A stretch of 62,896 bases of DNA from Candidatus Binatia bacterium (GCA_041488235.1 JBGPOW010000002.1:1-62896); one strand, 5' to 3'. Positions 1 through 9,746 are shown, counted from the first letter of the stretch. The notes: a model not told the origin generated them from the letters alone. A program made the numbers and translations.

Positions 1-1
1 G

Positions 2-127
2 CAGATCGACCTTCCGCTGCGCACGGTTGTGGATACGCTCGCGCCGCTCCGCAGTGGCAGCCGGACGGCGGACGATCTCGCGCTGGAGGAGAACAGCGCC
101 GATGGTGTGATATCGGCCGAAGCGTAG
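2..127 (+). CDS. 3' end of an unidentified CDS entering from the left window edge (partial)
   Basis: Frame 2 is open from the window edge to TAG 125-127 (...LALEENSADGVISAEA*). Too short to assign a family. Confidence 0.25.
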   Translation, partial: QIDLPLRTVVDTLAPLRSGSRTADDLALEENSADGVISAEA

Positions 128-171
128 ACTCACCGTCACCACGGCGGCAGAGAGGTTCCGACCGCAACGCA

Positions 172-2355
172 ATGGAGGCTCCGATGGCGCACCCGGTCTT
201 TCATACCTGCTCGCTCTGCGAGGCGACGTGCGGGCTCCAGTTCGAGGTCGAGGACGACCGCATTCTCTCGGTCCGTCCCGACGAGGACGACGTCTTCTCG
301 AAGGGCTACGTCTGTCCGAAGGGGATCGCGATCGCGGGCATCCATCACGATCCGGACCGATTGCGTCGGCCGGTGCGCCGCACGGCGACGGGCGAGTTCG
401 AGGAGATCTCCTGGGACGCGGCATTCGAGCTCGTGGCGCGCCGCCTCGGCGAGGTCCGCGCGCAGCATGGCAAGGACGCGATCGGCTTCTATTGGGGGAA
501 CCCGACGGGCAACAACCACGGCGCGCTCATGATGCTGGGCTCGTTCACCAAGGCGCTCGGCACCCGCAACCGCTTCAGCGCCGGCTCGCAGGACGCGAAC
601 CCGCGCGTGGTGACGTCGTACGAGCTCTACGGCTCGGCGTTGTCGATTCCGATCCCAGACATCGATCGCAGCGATTACTTCCTGTGCCTCGGCGGCAATC
701 CGATGATCTCGAACGGCAGCGCGATGACCGCGCCCGACATGCGCCGGCGTCTGCGCGCCGTGCGCGCGCGCGGCGGCAAGGTCGTCGTCGTCGACCCGCG
801 TCGCACCGAAACGGCCAAGGAAGCGGACGAGCACGTCGCGATCCGTCCCGGCGGCGATGCCGCGTTTCTCCTGGCGATGGTGCAGGTCCTGATCGCGCAC
901 GATCGCATCGATCGGCAATTCTTGGATCACGCCACCAGTGGATGGCCGGAGATCGAGCGGCGCCTCGGCGTGTTCACGCCGGCGCGCGTCGCCGCGGTTG
1001 CCGGCATATCAGCCGAGACCATCGAGCGCCTGGCGCTCCAGTTCGCGGACGCGCGCGCACCCGTCTGCTACTCGCGTGTCGGCGTCTGCGTCGGCGCGCA
1101 CTCGACGCTCGCGACCTTCGCGACCGACCTCCTGAACATCGTGACGGGACGTCTCGGACGCGAGGGCGGGCCGATGTTCACGACGCCGGCGTTCGACGTC
1201 ACGCGCGTCGCGCGCATGGGCGGTCAGGACGGTCGTGCGCGCTGGCGCAGCCGCGTGCGCGGGCTACCGGAGACGCTCGGCGACCTGCCTTCGGCCACGC
1301 TCGCGGAAGAGATCGAGACGCCAGGCAAGGGCCAGATCCGCGCGATGGTGACGCTCGCCGGCAATCCGGTGCTCTCGGCGCCGAACGGCAAACGCATCGC
1401 CGCCGCCTTCGACACGCTCGACTTCATGGTGTCGATCGACATCTACATCAATGAGACCACGCGTCACGCCGACGTGATCCTGCCGCCGTGCTGGAACCTC
1501 GCCGAGGACCACATCGACGTGCTGTTCGGTGCCCTCGGCGTGCGCAACATCGCCCGCTGGTCGCCGCCGGTCGTCGAGAAGCCGGCGGAGGAGCGCGCCG
1601 ACTGGGAGATCTTGCTCGAGCTGAGTGAGCGGCTCGGCGGCGGCGCGACCGGCGAGGCCTGGCTCGACCGCGCGCTGTCCTGGCTGCGGCCACTCGGCGT
1701 GCGCTGGACGCCGACGGGCTTCCTCGACTTGCTGCTCCGGTTCGGGCCGTATGGCGATCGTTTCCTGCCGTGGTCGAACGGTCTCAACCTCGCGAAGCTG
1801 AAGGCCGCGCCGCACGGCATCGATCTAGGTCCGCTCCAGCCGGGCATCGAGCGGCGCCTCTACCACCGGGACAACCACGTCCACCTCGCGACGCCTTGCA
1901 TGCTCGAGGCGATGACCGCGCTCGAGGTCGATCTCGACGCGAAACAATCGGAGAACGGCTTGGTCCTGATCGGCCGTCGCGAGCTGCGCAGCAACAATTC
2001 CTGGATGCACAACGTTCCATCGCTGGTCTCGGGCCGCGACCGCTGCGTGCTCCTCGTGCATCCCGACGACGCCGCCCGCTACGGCGTCCGCGACGGCGAG
2101 ATGACGATCCTCGAGAGCCGCGTACATCGCGGCGAGGTGCGCGTCGCCGTGAACGACGAAATGCGTCCGGGGGTCGTGAGCCTACCGCACGGCTGGGGAC
2201 ACGCGGAAAGCGCTCGATGGCAGAAGGTCGCCGGTGAACATGCGGGCGTATCGTTCAACGACTGGGTCGACGACGCGGTCGTCGAACCGATCATCGGCCA
2301 GTCGATCTTGAACGGAGTGCCGGTGCGTCTCGGACCCTCGTCTCGACCGGCCTGA
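172..2355 (+). CDS. molybdopterin-dependent oxidoreductase, catalytic subunit (formate dehydrogenase/DMSO reductase superfamily)
   Basis: 727-aa ORF. N-terminal 4Fe-4S cysteine cluster (HTCSLCEATCG...YVCPKG) is typical of Mo/W-bis-PGD enzymes. Length and C-terminal region (RPGVVSLPHGWGH) fit the family. Confidence 0.9.
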   Translation: MEAPMAHPVFHTCSLCEATCGLQFEVEDDRILSVRPDEDDVFSKGYVCPKGIAIAGIHHDPDRLRRPVRRTATGEFEEISWDAAFELVARRLGEVRAQHGKDAIGFYWGNPTGNNHGALMMLGSFTKALGTRNRFSAGSQDANPRVVTSYELYGSALSIPIPDIDRSDYFLCLGGNPMISNGSAMTAPDMRRRLRAVRARGGKVVVVDPRRTETAKEADEHVAIRPGGDAAFLLAMVQVLIAHDRIDRQFLDHATSGWPEIERRLGVFTPARVAAVAGISAETIERLALQFADARAPVCYSRVGVCVGAHSTLATFATDLLNIVTGRLGREGGPMFTTPAFDVTRVARMGGQDGRARWRSRVRGLPETLGDLPSATLAEEIETPGKGQIRAMVTLAGNPVLSAPNGKRIAAAFDTLDFMVSIDIYINETTRHADVILPPCWNLAEDHIDVLFGALGVRNIARWSPPVVEKPAEERADWEILLELSERLGGGATGEAWLDRALSWLRPLGVRWTPTGFLDLLLRFGPYGDRFLPWSNGLNLAKLKAAPHGIDLGPLQPGIERRLYHRDNHVHLATPCMLEAMTALEVDLDAKQSENGLVLIGRRELRSNNSWMHNVPSLVSGRDRCVLLVHPDDAARYGVRDGEMTILESRVHRGEVRVAVNDEMRPGVVSLPHGWGHAESARWQKVAGEHAGVSFNDWVDDAVVEPIIGQSILNGVPVRLGPSSRPA

Positions 2356-2370
2356 GCTCCGGCGGGCTCC

Positions 2371-2583
2371 TCAGACGGGCTTCGTCGGATCGAGCGTGGT
2401 CAGCAGATCCGCCATGTCGTCGGCGTGCTCTTCCTCGACGGCGAGGATGCCTTCCACGAGGCGGCGCGTCGTCGGGGCGTCGTTGCCGAAGTAGCGCACC
2501 ATGTCGCCGTAGGAGTCGATGGCGATGCGCTCGGCGACGAGGTTCTCGCGGATCATGTCGACCAGCGACTCGCCGCCGCGCAC
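2371..2583 (-). pseudogene. ferritin-like (bacterioferritin/Dps-type) C-terminal half only; probable gene remnant
   Basis: The 70-aa ORF carries LVAERIAIDSYGDMVRY...LAVEEEHADDMADLL, which resembles the last two helices of a ~160-aa ferritin-like four-helix bundle. The space for the N-terminal half is taken by the complete SDR gene ending at 2607. Confidence 0.45.
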
Positions 2584-2606
2584 CGACCGCGCGCGGACGA
2601 CGCGGC

Positions 2607-3377
2607 TCAGCGCGGCGCCATGCGGAGGGCGCCGTCGAGGCGGATCGTCTCGCCGTTCAGCATCGGGTTCTCGACGATGTGACGGGCGAGCGCCGCGAAC
2701 TCCGACGGCCGGCCGAGGCGCGACGGGAATGGGATCGCGGCGCCGAGCGCGTCGCGGTGCTCCTTCGGGAGGAGCGCCAGCATCGGCGTGTCGAAGGTGC
2801 CGGGCGCGATCGTCATCACGCGGATGCCGACCGACGCGAAGTCGCGCGCGATCGGCAACGTCATGCCGACGACGCCACCCTTCGACGCCGAATAGGCCGC
2901 CTGGCCGATCTGCCCGTCGAACGCAGCGATCGACGCCGTATTGATGATGACGCCGCGCTCGCCCTCCTCGTTGGGCTGGTTCTTCGCCATCTCGGCGGCG
3001 GCGAGACGGATGACGTTGAAGGTGCCGACGAGATTGATCTGAATGACCTTGTTGAAGAGCTCGAGCGGCATCGGCCCCTGCTTGGTGACCGTCTTCATCG
3101 CGACGCCGACGCCGGCGCAGTTGACGGCGATGTGGATCGCGCCGAAGGCGTCCTTCGCGCGCGCGACCGCGGCAGCGACCTCGTCGCTGCTCGTGACGTC
3201 GGCGGGCGCGAAGACGGCGTGCGCGGCGCCGAGCTCCTGAGCGAGCTTTTCGCCGTTCGATTGCGGCCGGTCGAGGATCGCGGCACGCGCGCCGCCGTCG
3301 ACGAGCGTTCGCACCGTCGCCTCGCCGAGACCGGACGCTCCGCCGGTTACGATCGCCACTGCGCCTTCGAGCCTCAT
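2607..3377 (-). CDS. short-chain dehydrogenase/reductase, 3-hydroxyacyl-CoA dehydrogenase type-2-like
   Basis: 256 aa. Has the TGGASGLG cofactor motif, the YSASKGGV catalytic Y-x3-K, and a C-terminal [12 protein letters not shown] typical of HSD10-like SDRs. Confidence 0.9.
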   Translation of the reverse strand: MRLEGAVAIVTGGASGLGEATVRTLVDGGARAAILDRPQSNGEKLAQELGAAHAVFAPADVTSSDEVAAAVARAKDAFGAIHIAVNCAGVGVAMKTVTKQGPMPLELFNKVIQINLVGTFNVIRLAAAEMAKNQPNEEGERGVIINTASIAAFDGQIGQAAYSASKGGVVGMTLPIARDFASVGIRVMTIAPGTFDTPMLALLPKEHRDALGAAIPFPSRLGRPSEFAALARHIVENPMLNGETIRLDGALRMAPR

Positions 3378-3462
3378 GTCGTGCCTCCTTATGGACGCGA
3401 TGTGGCGCGACCTTACATCAAAGCGCCGGCGTTCTCACGCGCACGGATGCAGCGAACCGCCG

Positions 3463-4362
3463 TCACTCCAGCACGAGCGCGAACTGCCGCTGCAGCTCCG
3501 TGCGGTCGCGGAGGTGGAACCCGGCTGCTTCCGACTCGGCGAGGACGCGCGCCTCGGGAATCGCGTGTGCGCCCGCGACGTATTCCGTCGCGGCGCGGTC
3601 GACGATCACGAGCCGCCGGCCAGGGCGGAGCGCGCGGCGCACGGCCGCGAGCGTCGCCGCCGGGTTGGCGAGCTCGTGGAACGCGTCGACGAACAGCACG
3701 CCGTCGAGCGTGTCGGCCTCGAGGCGCGGATCGTTGGTGAGACCGCGCTGCACCTCGACGTTCCGCGCGTGCGCAAAGCGCGTGGTGAGCTGCGAGAGCG
3801 CATCGGAGTCGATGTCGACCGCGATCACGCGTCCGGCCGGACCGACGGCCGCGGCAAGGCGTTCGGTGAAGTAGCCGCCGCCGGCACCGACGTCGGCCAC
3901 GGTTCGGCCGGGCGCGACGTCGAGGAGCGCGAGCACGCGCGCCGGCTCCTGCCATGCGTCGCGGTCGGCTTCGAGGAGCCGGTAGAGATCCGGTGGCCGC
4001 GCGGCGACGCGGACCGCGACGTCGAGCGCGCCGCCTGCGCGCTCGACGTGCAGGGTCAGCATTGCGCCCGGTATCGTGCGGCGGACTGCGGCGCTCAGCT
4101 CGCGCGGTGCGCGGACCCTGCGGGCGCCGACGGCGCGCACGACGTCGCCGTTCGCGAGCCCGGCGGCGGCCGCGGGGCTCTCGGGGAGGACGCTTTCGAT
4201 GCGAACGGCGGTGCCATCGGCGACGTGATCCTCAGCGAGGGTCAGGCCGAGCCAGCCCTGCGCGGGGCTGCGTACAATCGCGCCGGTGACCGTAACGAGG
4301 ACGAGCAGGAGCGCCACGACCGGCGCGACGCTCGCCCGCACGCGCCGACGATCGCCGCTCAC
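3463..4362 (-). CDS. membrane-anchored PDZ domain + class I SAM-dependent methyltransferase fusion
   Basis: N-terminal TM helix (VAPVVALLLVLVTVTGAIV), a PDZ-like segment (SPAAAAGLANGDVVRAVG), and methyltransferase motif I (VADVGAGGGYF). GTG start overlaps the upstream gene stop (GTGA). Confidence 0.85.
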   Translation of the reverse strand: MSGDRRRVRASVAPVVALLLVLVTVTGAIVRSPAQGWLGLTLAEDHVADGTAVRIESVLPESPAAAAGLANGDVVRAVGARRVRAPRELSAAVRRTIPGAMLTLHVERAGGALDVAVRVAARPPDLYRLLEADRDAWQEPARVLALLDVAPGRTVADVGAGGGYFTERLAAAVGPAGRVIAVDIDSDALSQLTTRFAHARNVEVQRGLTNDPRLEADTLDGVLFVDAFHELANPAATLAAVRRALRPGRRLVIVDRAATEYVAGAHAIPEARVLAESEAAGFHLRDRTELQRQFALVLE

Positions 4363-5525
4363 GCGCGTGCGACGGCGCAGCAGTCCTCGAACCAGGCGAG
4401 GATCGCGGCGTTCTCGCTACGCGGATACGTGTGCGAGAGCTCGGGCAGCTCGCGGTAGTGGAGGTCGGCGCCGGCTTCGACGAGAACATCGCGCGTGAAG
4501 TGTGCGTACGCGACCGGGAAAAGAAAGTCGCGCGCGCCGTGGACGAGGTAGATCGGCGCGCCGCGCGCCCGCTCGAGGTTGCCGTTCGCGGCGTTCAGCG
4601 GATGAAAGACGCCGCAGAGCGGCGCCAGCGCGCGAAACCGTTCGCGGTGCGCGAGGCCGTAGAGGAGCGTGAAGGTACCGCCGTCCGACAGGCCGGTCAG
4701 AAGGACGCGATCGGTCGCGACGTGGAAGCGCGTCGCGAGCCAGTCGAGGATCTGCACCAGACCCTCGGCGTCTTCCTCGGCCCAGGTCGAATCGACGGCC
4801 GTCGGCGCGACGACGAGATGGCCGCGCGCCTTCGCCTCGCGCACCCATGTCCACAGGAAGTCGCGCCCGTTTCCCGAGCCGCCGTGCAGCGCGACGATCA
4901 GCGGCCACGCGCGCGCCGGGTCGTACTGCTCCGGGATGTACGCGGAGAACCCGCCGTGTCGGCCGCCCGCACCGACGCGCAGGAGCGGTGCGTGCGGCGG
5001 CGGGACGTCGCTCGCTGTTGGGGGCAGAACGCTCGCGGCGCGCCCCTCTGTGGTGGCGGTCATCGCGGCGGCGGACTCGGGCGGCGCATCTGCCGTTTCG
5101 GGACGAGGCTGGTCGGCGCCCCAGTACTCGCGCAACGGCGGCAGCAGCGCGCGAATGCCGTAGAAGTGCTCCTGCGCCTGCGCGTGGTGATGGAGCGCCG
5201 CGAGGATGCGAGGAATTCGCTCCGCGGCGGGCGCGCGCGGAAAGCTCGCGAAGAAGCCGACGCATTCGTCCGTATGCCGGAAGGCGGCGGCGAAGATCTC
5301 GTCGAAGCGGACGAGGTCGGCGGGGGCGGGCGCCGCGGCGAGCGCCGCGCGCGCGGCGGCCAGCGCGTCGCCGCAGCGTGCCTCGATTTCGGCGGCGAGC
5401 GCGGCGAAGCGCTCGGGGGCGAGCAGCTCGGCGACGCGCTCCATCGCGAGGAGCGCGTCGGCGGCGACGGCGCTCGCGGCGAGCACCGCGCGCAGATACG
5501 CGACTTCCTCCGGCGCGCGGCTCAC
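4359..5525 (-). CDS. alpha/beta-fold esterase (phospholipase/carboxylesterase or PHB-depolymerase-like) with N-terminal helical domain of unknown function
   Basis: The C-terminal half has LIVALHGGSGNG...LTGLSDGG (G-x-S-x-G nucleophile elbow)...YLVHGARD. The track ORF (to 6083) overlaps sixA on the other strand, so I prefer GTG 5525; ATG 5444 is an alternative. Confidence 0.7.
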   Translation of the reverse strand: MSRAPEEVAYLRAVLAASAVAADALLAMERVAELLAPERFAALAAEIEARCGDALAAARAALAAAPAPADLVRFDEIFAAAFRHTDECVGFFASFPRAPAAERIPRILAALHHHAQAQEHFYGIRALLPPLREYWGADQPRPETADAPPESAAAMTATTEGRAASVLPPTASDVPPPHAPLLRVGAGGRHGGFSAYIPEQYDPARAWPLIVALHGGSGNGRDFLWTWVREAKARGHLVVAPTAVDSTWAEEDAEGLVQILDWLATRFHVATDRVLLTGLSDGGTFTLLYGLAHRERFRALAPLCGVFHPLNAANGNLERARGAPIYLVHGARDFLFPVAYAHFTRDVLVEAGADLHYRELPELSHTYPRSENAAILAWFEDCCAVARA

Positions 5526-5738
5526 GGTCTCAGCCGACGAGTGGAGGCCGCCGGTACCCTCCGAGCGCGCGCTCGCGTCCGATGTGGGCGAGGTGCAGAT
5601 CCACCAGCTCCCTGGACGAAATCTCCCGGGCACGGAGGAAGCCGAGGAGGCGCGTCGCGGAGGCGAAGAGGAGGGCGTCGTCGAGCATGGGCGACTGTAC
5701 TTGCGCCGGCGAATCACGGTCAAATAGGAAGTGGGTCG

Positions 5739-6263
5739 ATGGCAACGGGCGGCCACTTGCTGATGCTGCTTCGCCACGGGATCGCCGAGGACACGGCGCC
5801 CGGCGGGTCCGACGCCGAGCGGCGGCTCACCGGCGAGGGCAAGCGCAAGCTGCGCGAAGTCGTCGCGGGGATGCGCGCCCTGAAGCTGCCGATCGACGTC
5901 ATCTTGACGAGCCCGCTCCGGCGCGCGCGGGAGACGGCGGAGATCGTCGCCGCCGAGCACGACATCGAGGAGACGACCGTCATCGCGACGCCGGCGCTCG
6001 CGCCCGCCGGCGCGCGCGACGCGCTCTTCGGCGCGCTCGGTTCGCACGCGCGCGCCGAGGGCATCGTGTTGGTCGGCCATCAACCGGACTTGGGCGAGCT
6101 CGCCTCGGTGCTGCTCGTCGGCACACCGGGGTTGGTGCCGCTGCCGTTCAAGAAAGCGGGGCTCGCCGCGATCAGCGTCGCGTCGCTACCGCCGCGCGCG
6201 GCCGGCACACTCGAGTTCTTTTTGACACCGGGGCAGCTGCGTCGCATCGGTCGCGGCGGCTGA
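5739..6263 (+). CDS. sixA: phosphohistidine phosphatase SixA (histidine phosphatase superfamily)
   Basis: LLRHGIAED (RHG catalytic motif) sits near the N-terminus and VLVGHQPDLGEL later, in about 174 aa. The ATG at 5739 is in frame with the long track ORF, whose upstream part is Arg-rich shadow sequence. Confidence 0.85.
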   Translation: MATGGHLLMLLRHGIAEDTAPGGSDAERRLTGEGKRKLREVVAGMRALKLPIDVILTSPLRRARETAEIVAAEHDIEETTVIATPALAPAGARDALFGALGSHARAEGIVLVGHQPDLGELASVLLVGTPGLVPLPFKKAGLAAISVASLPPRAAGTLEFFLTPGQLRRIGRGG

Positions 6264-6332
6264 TCCGTTCGCGATGCTCGAACCCGTCACTTTGCGCTTG
6301 TGGCGACGGCGCGCGCGGACTAGAGGAGCCGC

Positions 6333-7133
6333 ATGGCCGCCGCGCTCGGAACGATACAGGCAATCTGGCGGTACCCGGTGAAGTCGCTGCGCGGCGAACA
6401 GGTGCAAAGCGCCGAGGTGACGGCGAACGGCCTCGCCGGCGATCGCGCGTACGCGCTCCGCGATCGTGCGACCGGTCGCGTGATGAGCGGCAAACGCTGG
6501 GCACGTCTCTTCGAGTGCGGCGCGACCTATCCTGACGGGCCGAGCGCGCCGCCCGCGATCACATTGCCGGACGGCAGCCGCGTCGGGGTCGATGCGGCCG
6601 CCGGCGCGCTCTCCGCGTGGCTCGGCCACGACGTGGAACTCGTGCGCGCGATCCCCGAGCACACCGCGGAGTTCGAGATCGCGATTCAGACGGTGGAGGA
6701 CATCGAGGCGGGCGTCGATCAATCGGCCGTGGAGGCCGGCGATTATCCGTGTCCGCCCGGCACCTTCTTCGACGCTGCGCCGTTGCATGTCCTCACCGAC
6801 GCCACCTTGGCCGTGCTCGGCGCGGCATATCCCGAAGGACGATTCGACGTACGACGCTTCCGGCCGAACGTGTTCATCGCGACGGGTGGCGCCCCCGGTC
6901 TCGTCGAGGAGGGATGGAGCGGCCGCACGCTCGCACTCGGCGGCCAGGTGCGAGCGTCCGTCCTCATGGGGACGATCCGTTGCGTGATGACGACGCTGCC
7001 GCAGCAAGATTTGCCACGCGATCCCAAGATCCTGCGCACCGTCGCGCAGCGCGCCGGTGGGAACGTGGGTGTGTACGCAACGGTCGCCGCGGAAGGGATG
7101 CTGCGCGTCGGCGACGCGGTCGAATTGCGGTAG
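6333..7133 (+). CDS. MOSC domain-containing protein
   Basis: The N-terminal beta-barrel signature IWRYPVKSLRGE and ...GDRAY, together with a C-terminal MOSC-like region (RCVMTT conserved Cys), match the MOSC architecture. Confidence 0.85.
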   Translation: MAAALGTIQAIWRYPVKSLRGEQVQSAEVTANGLAGDRAYALRDRATGRVMSGKRWARLFECGATYPDGPSAPPAITLPDGSRVGVDAAAGALSAWLGHDVELVRAIPEHTAEFEIAIQTVEDIEAGVDQSAVEAGDYPCPPGTFFDAAPLHVLTDATLAVLGAAYPEGRFDVRRFRPNVFIATGGAPGLVEEGWSGRTLALGGQVRASVLMGTIRCVMTTLPQQDLPRDPKILRTVAQRAGGNVGVYATVAAEGMLRVGDAVELR

Positions 7134-7218
7134 TAGGAACGCCCGGAGTTCCGTAAAATGGCGCGGATCGGTTGCCGGCGGGGGTCGGCGACAGTTCCGG
7201 GCACATGAGGGTCACATC

Positions 7219-8346
7219 GTGACGAAACGCGCCGCGCTTCTCGTCGAGGACAACAGCTCGCACGTGGAGCTCATCAGCGACGAGCTGTCGCCGGTGCTCG
7301 ACGGCTGGAAGCTCGACGTCGTCTCCACCGTCGCCGAAGCGCGTCGGCGGATCGCCGCGCAGCCGTACGATCTCTTCGTGCTCGACTTCCGCCTGCCCGA
7401 CGGCGACGGCATTCAGCTCCTGCGGGAGATCCGCGGCGCGGGCATGACGACGCCGACCCTCTTCGTCACCACGGCGGCGTCGGCGAAGCTCGCCGTCGAG
7501 GCGATGAAGCTCGGCGCGGACGACTACGTCGTGAAGGAGGAAGGATACCTGTCCGTCCTTCCGTACCTCGTCCAGGAAGTTCTGGAGCGCCATCGCCTCG
7601 CGGCGGAGCGTCACGTGCTCGAGGAGCGCTTGCAGCGCGCCGAACGCGCCGCGACGCTCGGCTACCTGGCGTCCGGTCTCGCGCACCACATCAACAATCC
7701 GCTGGCGACGATCCGCACGTTCTTGCAGCTGCTGCCGTCGCGCCGCGACGACGAAGAGTTCTGCACGAAGTACCTGGAGCTGACCCTTGCCGAGAGCGAG
7801 CGCATCCGCGATCTCGTGAAGGACATCATGCGCGCCGCGACCGTCCCCGCCGAAGGCCGCGAGGTGCAGCACTTCAATGAGATCCTCGAACGTGCCGAGG
7901 ACGGCGTCGAAACCGAGCTACGCGCAAAACAAATCGTCTATCGGAAGGACGTGCCTGCCCCGACACCGGCCGTCCGCGTGCACGGCGAAGCCGCCACGTG
8001 TCTCTTTCTCAGCCTGCTGCAGAATGCCGTCAGATTTTCGCCCGAGGGCGGCACGATCGAGGTGCACGCGCACATCGACGACCAGGCGGGCCGCCTGATC
8101 GCCGTCGTCAAAGACGAAGGTCCAGGCATCCCGCCGGAAAATCGCGAGAAGATCTTCGAGCCGTTCTTCACCACCGCCGTCGACGGTCTCGGCATGGGTC
8201 TCTTCGTCGCATCGAGGATCGCGGATCTGCAGAACATCCATCTCTCCGTGGAAGCCGCCCAGCCGCACGGCGCGGTCTTTCGCGTCGAGTTGCCGCTCGC
8301 GGGCGTCTCCACCTCCACCTCGTCGACCCGGCCGCTCGGCGGCTGA
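7219..8346 (+). CDS. hybrid receiver-histidine kinase (REC + HisKA + HATPase_c), no sensor domain; paralog A
   Basis: REC: LLVEDN...[14 protein letters not shown]...KLGADDY. H-box: [15 protein letters not shown]1/F/G2 boxes: [33 protein letters not shown] 7219 is chosen because upstream ORF sequence overlaps the MOSC gene. Confidence 0.85.
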   Translation: MTKRAALLVEDNSSHVELISDELSPVLDGWKLDVVSTVAEARRRIAAQPYDLFVLDFRLPDGDGIQLLREIRGAGMTTPTLFVTTAASAKLAVEAMKLGADDYVVKEEGYLSVLPYLVQEVLERHRLAAERHVLEERLQRAERAATLGYLASGLAHHINNPLATIRTFLQLLPSRRDDEEFCTKYLELTLAESERIRDLVKDIMRAATVPAEGREVQHFNEILERAEDGVETELRAKQIVYRKDVPAPTPAVRVHGEAATCLFLSLLQNAVRFSPEGGTIEVHAHIDDQAGRLIAVVKDEGPGIPPENREKIFEPFFTTAVDGLGMGLFVASRIADLQNIHLSVEAAQPHGAVFRVELPLAGVSTSTSSTRPLGG

Positions 8347-8440
8347 CGCGCACTCGCGCGCGTAAGGTTTCGATTACGCGCGGACAAATGCGCGCCGGCG
8401 CGTTGCCGCATTTGACGAGGCTGCTGCTGTGTCTTGCTCT

Positions 8441-8470
8441 GTGCTCCCAAAGTGGTCTATTTGGGAGCAC
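8441..8470 (+). promoter_or_regulatory. perfect 11-bp stem / 8-nt loop hairpin between hybrid kinase A and the KAS gene
   Basis: GTGCTCCCAAA-gtggtcta-TTTGGGAGCAC read directly from the sequence. There is no T-tract after it. Confidence 0.4.
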
Positions 8471-8495
8471 CCCTCGGAGAAAGCTCCCCCTCGGT

Positions 8496-9746
8496 TTGCG
8501 GAAGATTGTCGTTACCGGAGTCGGGTGCATCACCCCGCTGGGCATCGGCGCCGAGCCACTCTGGTCCGCGCTCCTCGCCGGAGAGTCCGGCATCGACCGG
8601 GTTTCCTCATTTGATCCGGTAGGCTGCGCCAGTCAGGTCGCGGGCGAGGTTCGGAACTTCGACCCGGAAGAGTTCCTCGCGCGCCGGACGGTTCAGGCCG
8701 TCGCGCGGTTCGTCCACTTCGGCGTCGCCGCGGCGCGCCTCGCGTGGGACGATGCGGGAACGCCCTCTCGGTCGATCGATCCCGACCGCATCGGCGTCTG
8801 TCTTGGCACCGCCGTCGGCGCGATCGATCGTACCGTCAGCGACGGGATCACGTTCGCAGAAAAAGGGTTGAGCCGCGTTCACCCGATGTTTCCGCTGCAG
8901 TACCCGGGCACGTTGTCGTCGGAGATCGCGATTGCGCTCGGACTCCACGGCCCGGCGTACGCGGTGTCCACCGCCTGCACTGCGAGCGCGGACGCGATCG
9001 GATTGGCGCTCGGTCAGGTCGCGAGCGGCGTCGTCGACGCCGTCGTGACCGGTGGGAGCGAGGCCGCGATCTTTCCGCTGCTGTACGCGTCGTTCGACCG
9101 CATCGGGGCGCTCTCGAGGCTGAACGATCCGCCGGCGCGTGCCTCGCGTCCGTTCTCACGGGAGCGGAGCGGATTCGTCATGTCCGAAGGTGCCGGCGTC
9201 ATAGTGTTGGAGGCGGAAGAGGTCGCGAAAGCGCGCGGTGCGCGCGTATACGCCGAGGTAGCGGGGTTCGGGGCGACGTGCGACGCGTATCACCACATGG
9301 CGCCGGAACCTGAAGGCGAGCACGGCGCGCGCGCAATCGTGGAGGCGCTTCGGCATGCGGGCCTCGCACCCGCCGATATCGACTACATCAACGCCCACGG
9401 CACCAGCACGCAGAAAAACGACGCGACGGAAACGCTCATCTTCAAGAAGGTCTTCGGGGAGCGCGCGTATCGCATCCCCATCAGCTCGTCGAAATCGATG
9501 CTGGGACATCTGATCGGCGCGTCCGCCGCGGTCGAGCTGATCATCTGTGCTCTCGCATTGCGCGACGGCGTCGTTCCTCCGACGATCAACCTCGACGAAC
9601 CCGATCCGGCATGTGACCTCGATTACGTCAGCGAAGGTGCGCGGCGTGTCGAGGCCCGCGCCGTCCTCTCGACGTCGTTCGGCTTCGGCTCACGCAACGC
9701 GGCGCTCGTGTTGAAAGCGGTGCCGTCGCAGGAGGGTTCTTCATGA
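8496..9746 (+). CDS. fabF: beta-ketoacyl-ACP synthase II (FabF-like KAS)
   Basis: Active-site context AVSTACTAS (Cys), HMAPEP (His) and NAHGTSTQ (His), with FGFGSRNAAL at the C-terminus. TTG 8496 gives (M)RKIVVTGVG and 416 aa, the canonical FabF length. ATG 8388 is an alternative. Confidence 0.85.
   Translation: MRKIVVTGVGCITPLGIGAEPLWSALLAGESGIDRVSSFDPVGCASQVAGEVRNFDPEEFLARRTVQAVARFVHFGVAAARLAWDDAGTPSRSIDPDRIGVCLGTAVGAIDRTVSDGITFAEKGLSRVHPMFPLQYPGTLSSEIAIALGLHGPAYAVSTACTASADAIGLALGQVASGVVDAVVTGGSEAAIFPLLYASFDRIGALSRLNDPPARASRPFSRERSGFVMSEGAGVIVLEAEEVAKARGARVYAEVAGFGATCDAYHHMAPEPEGEHGARAIVEALRHAGLAPADIDYINAHGTSTQKNDATETLIFKKVFGERAYRIPISSSKSMLGHLIGASAAVELIICALALRDGVVPPTINLDEPDPACDLDYVSEGARRVEARAVLSTSFGFGSRNAALVLKAVPSQEGSS

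Noticed and set aside
4431-5738. Upstream 436 codons of the 610-aa plus-strand ORF ending in SixA; likewise the upstream parts of the 22398-24530(-), 19354-20841(-), 20202-21923(-), 23316-24704(+), 33227-34831(+), 46439-48289(+), 48070-49092(+), 49019-50776(+) and 7998-9746(+) track ORFs
   Set aside because: The recognisable domains begin at internal start codons, often with SD sequences or 4-nt overlaps with the preceding gene. The upstream extensions overlap other real genes and are Arg-rich.
7159-7175. Sigma54-like TGGCGC...GGTTGC upstream of hybrid kinase A; a similar TGGCGTGCTGCGTTC at 30569-30585
   Set aside because: At 7159 the GG-to-GC spacing is 12 rather than 10, and at 30569 there is no GC at the -12 position. 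Neither fits the -24/-12 geometry.
8388-8495. Possible N-terminal extension of the KAS ([23 protein letters not shown]...) that looks like a signal or lipoprotein peptide
   Set aside because: KAS II enzymes are cytoplasmic. The TTG 8496 start gives canonical length and an (M)RKIVVTGVG N-terminus, and the extension would contain the 8441-8470 hairpin. It is kept only as an alternative start.
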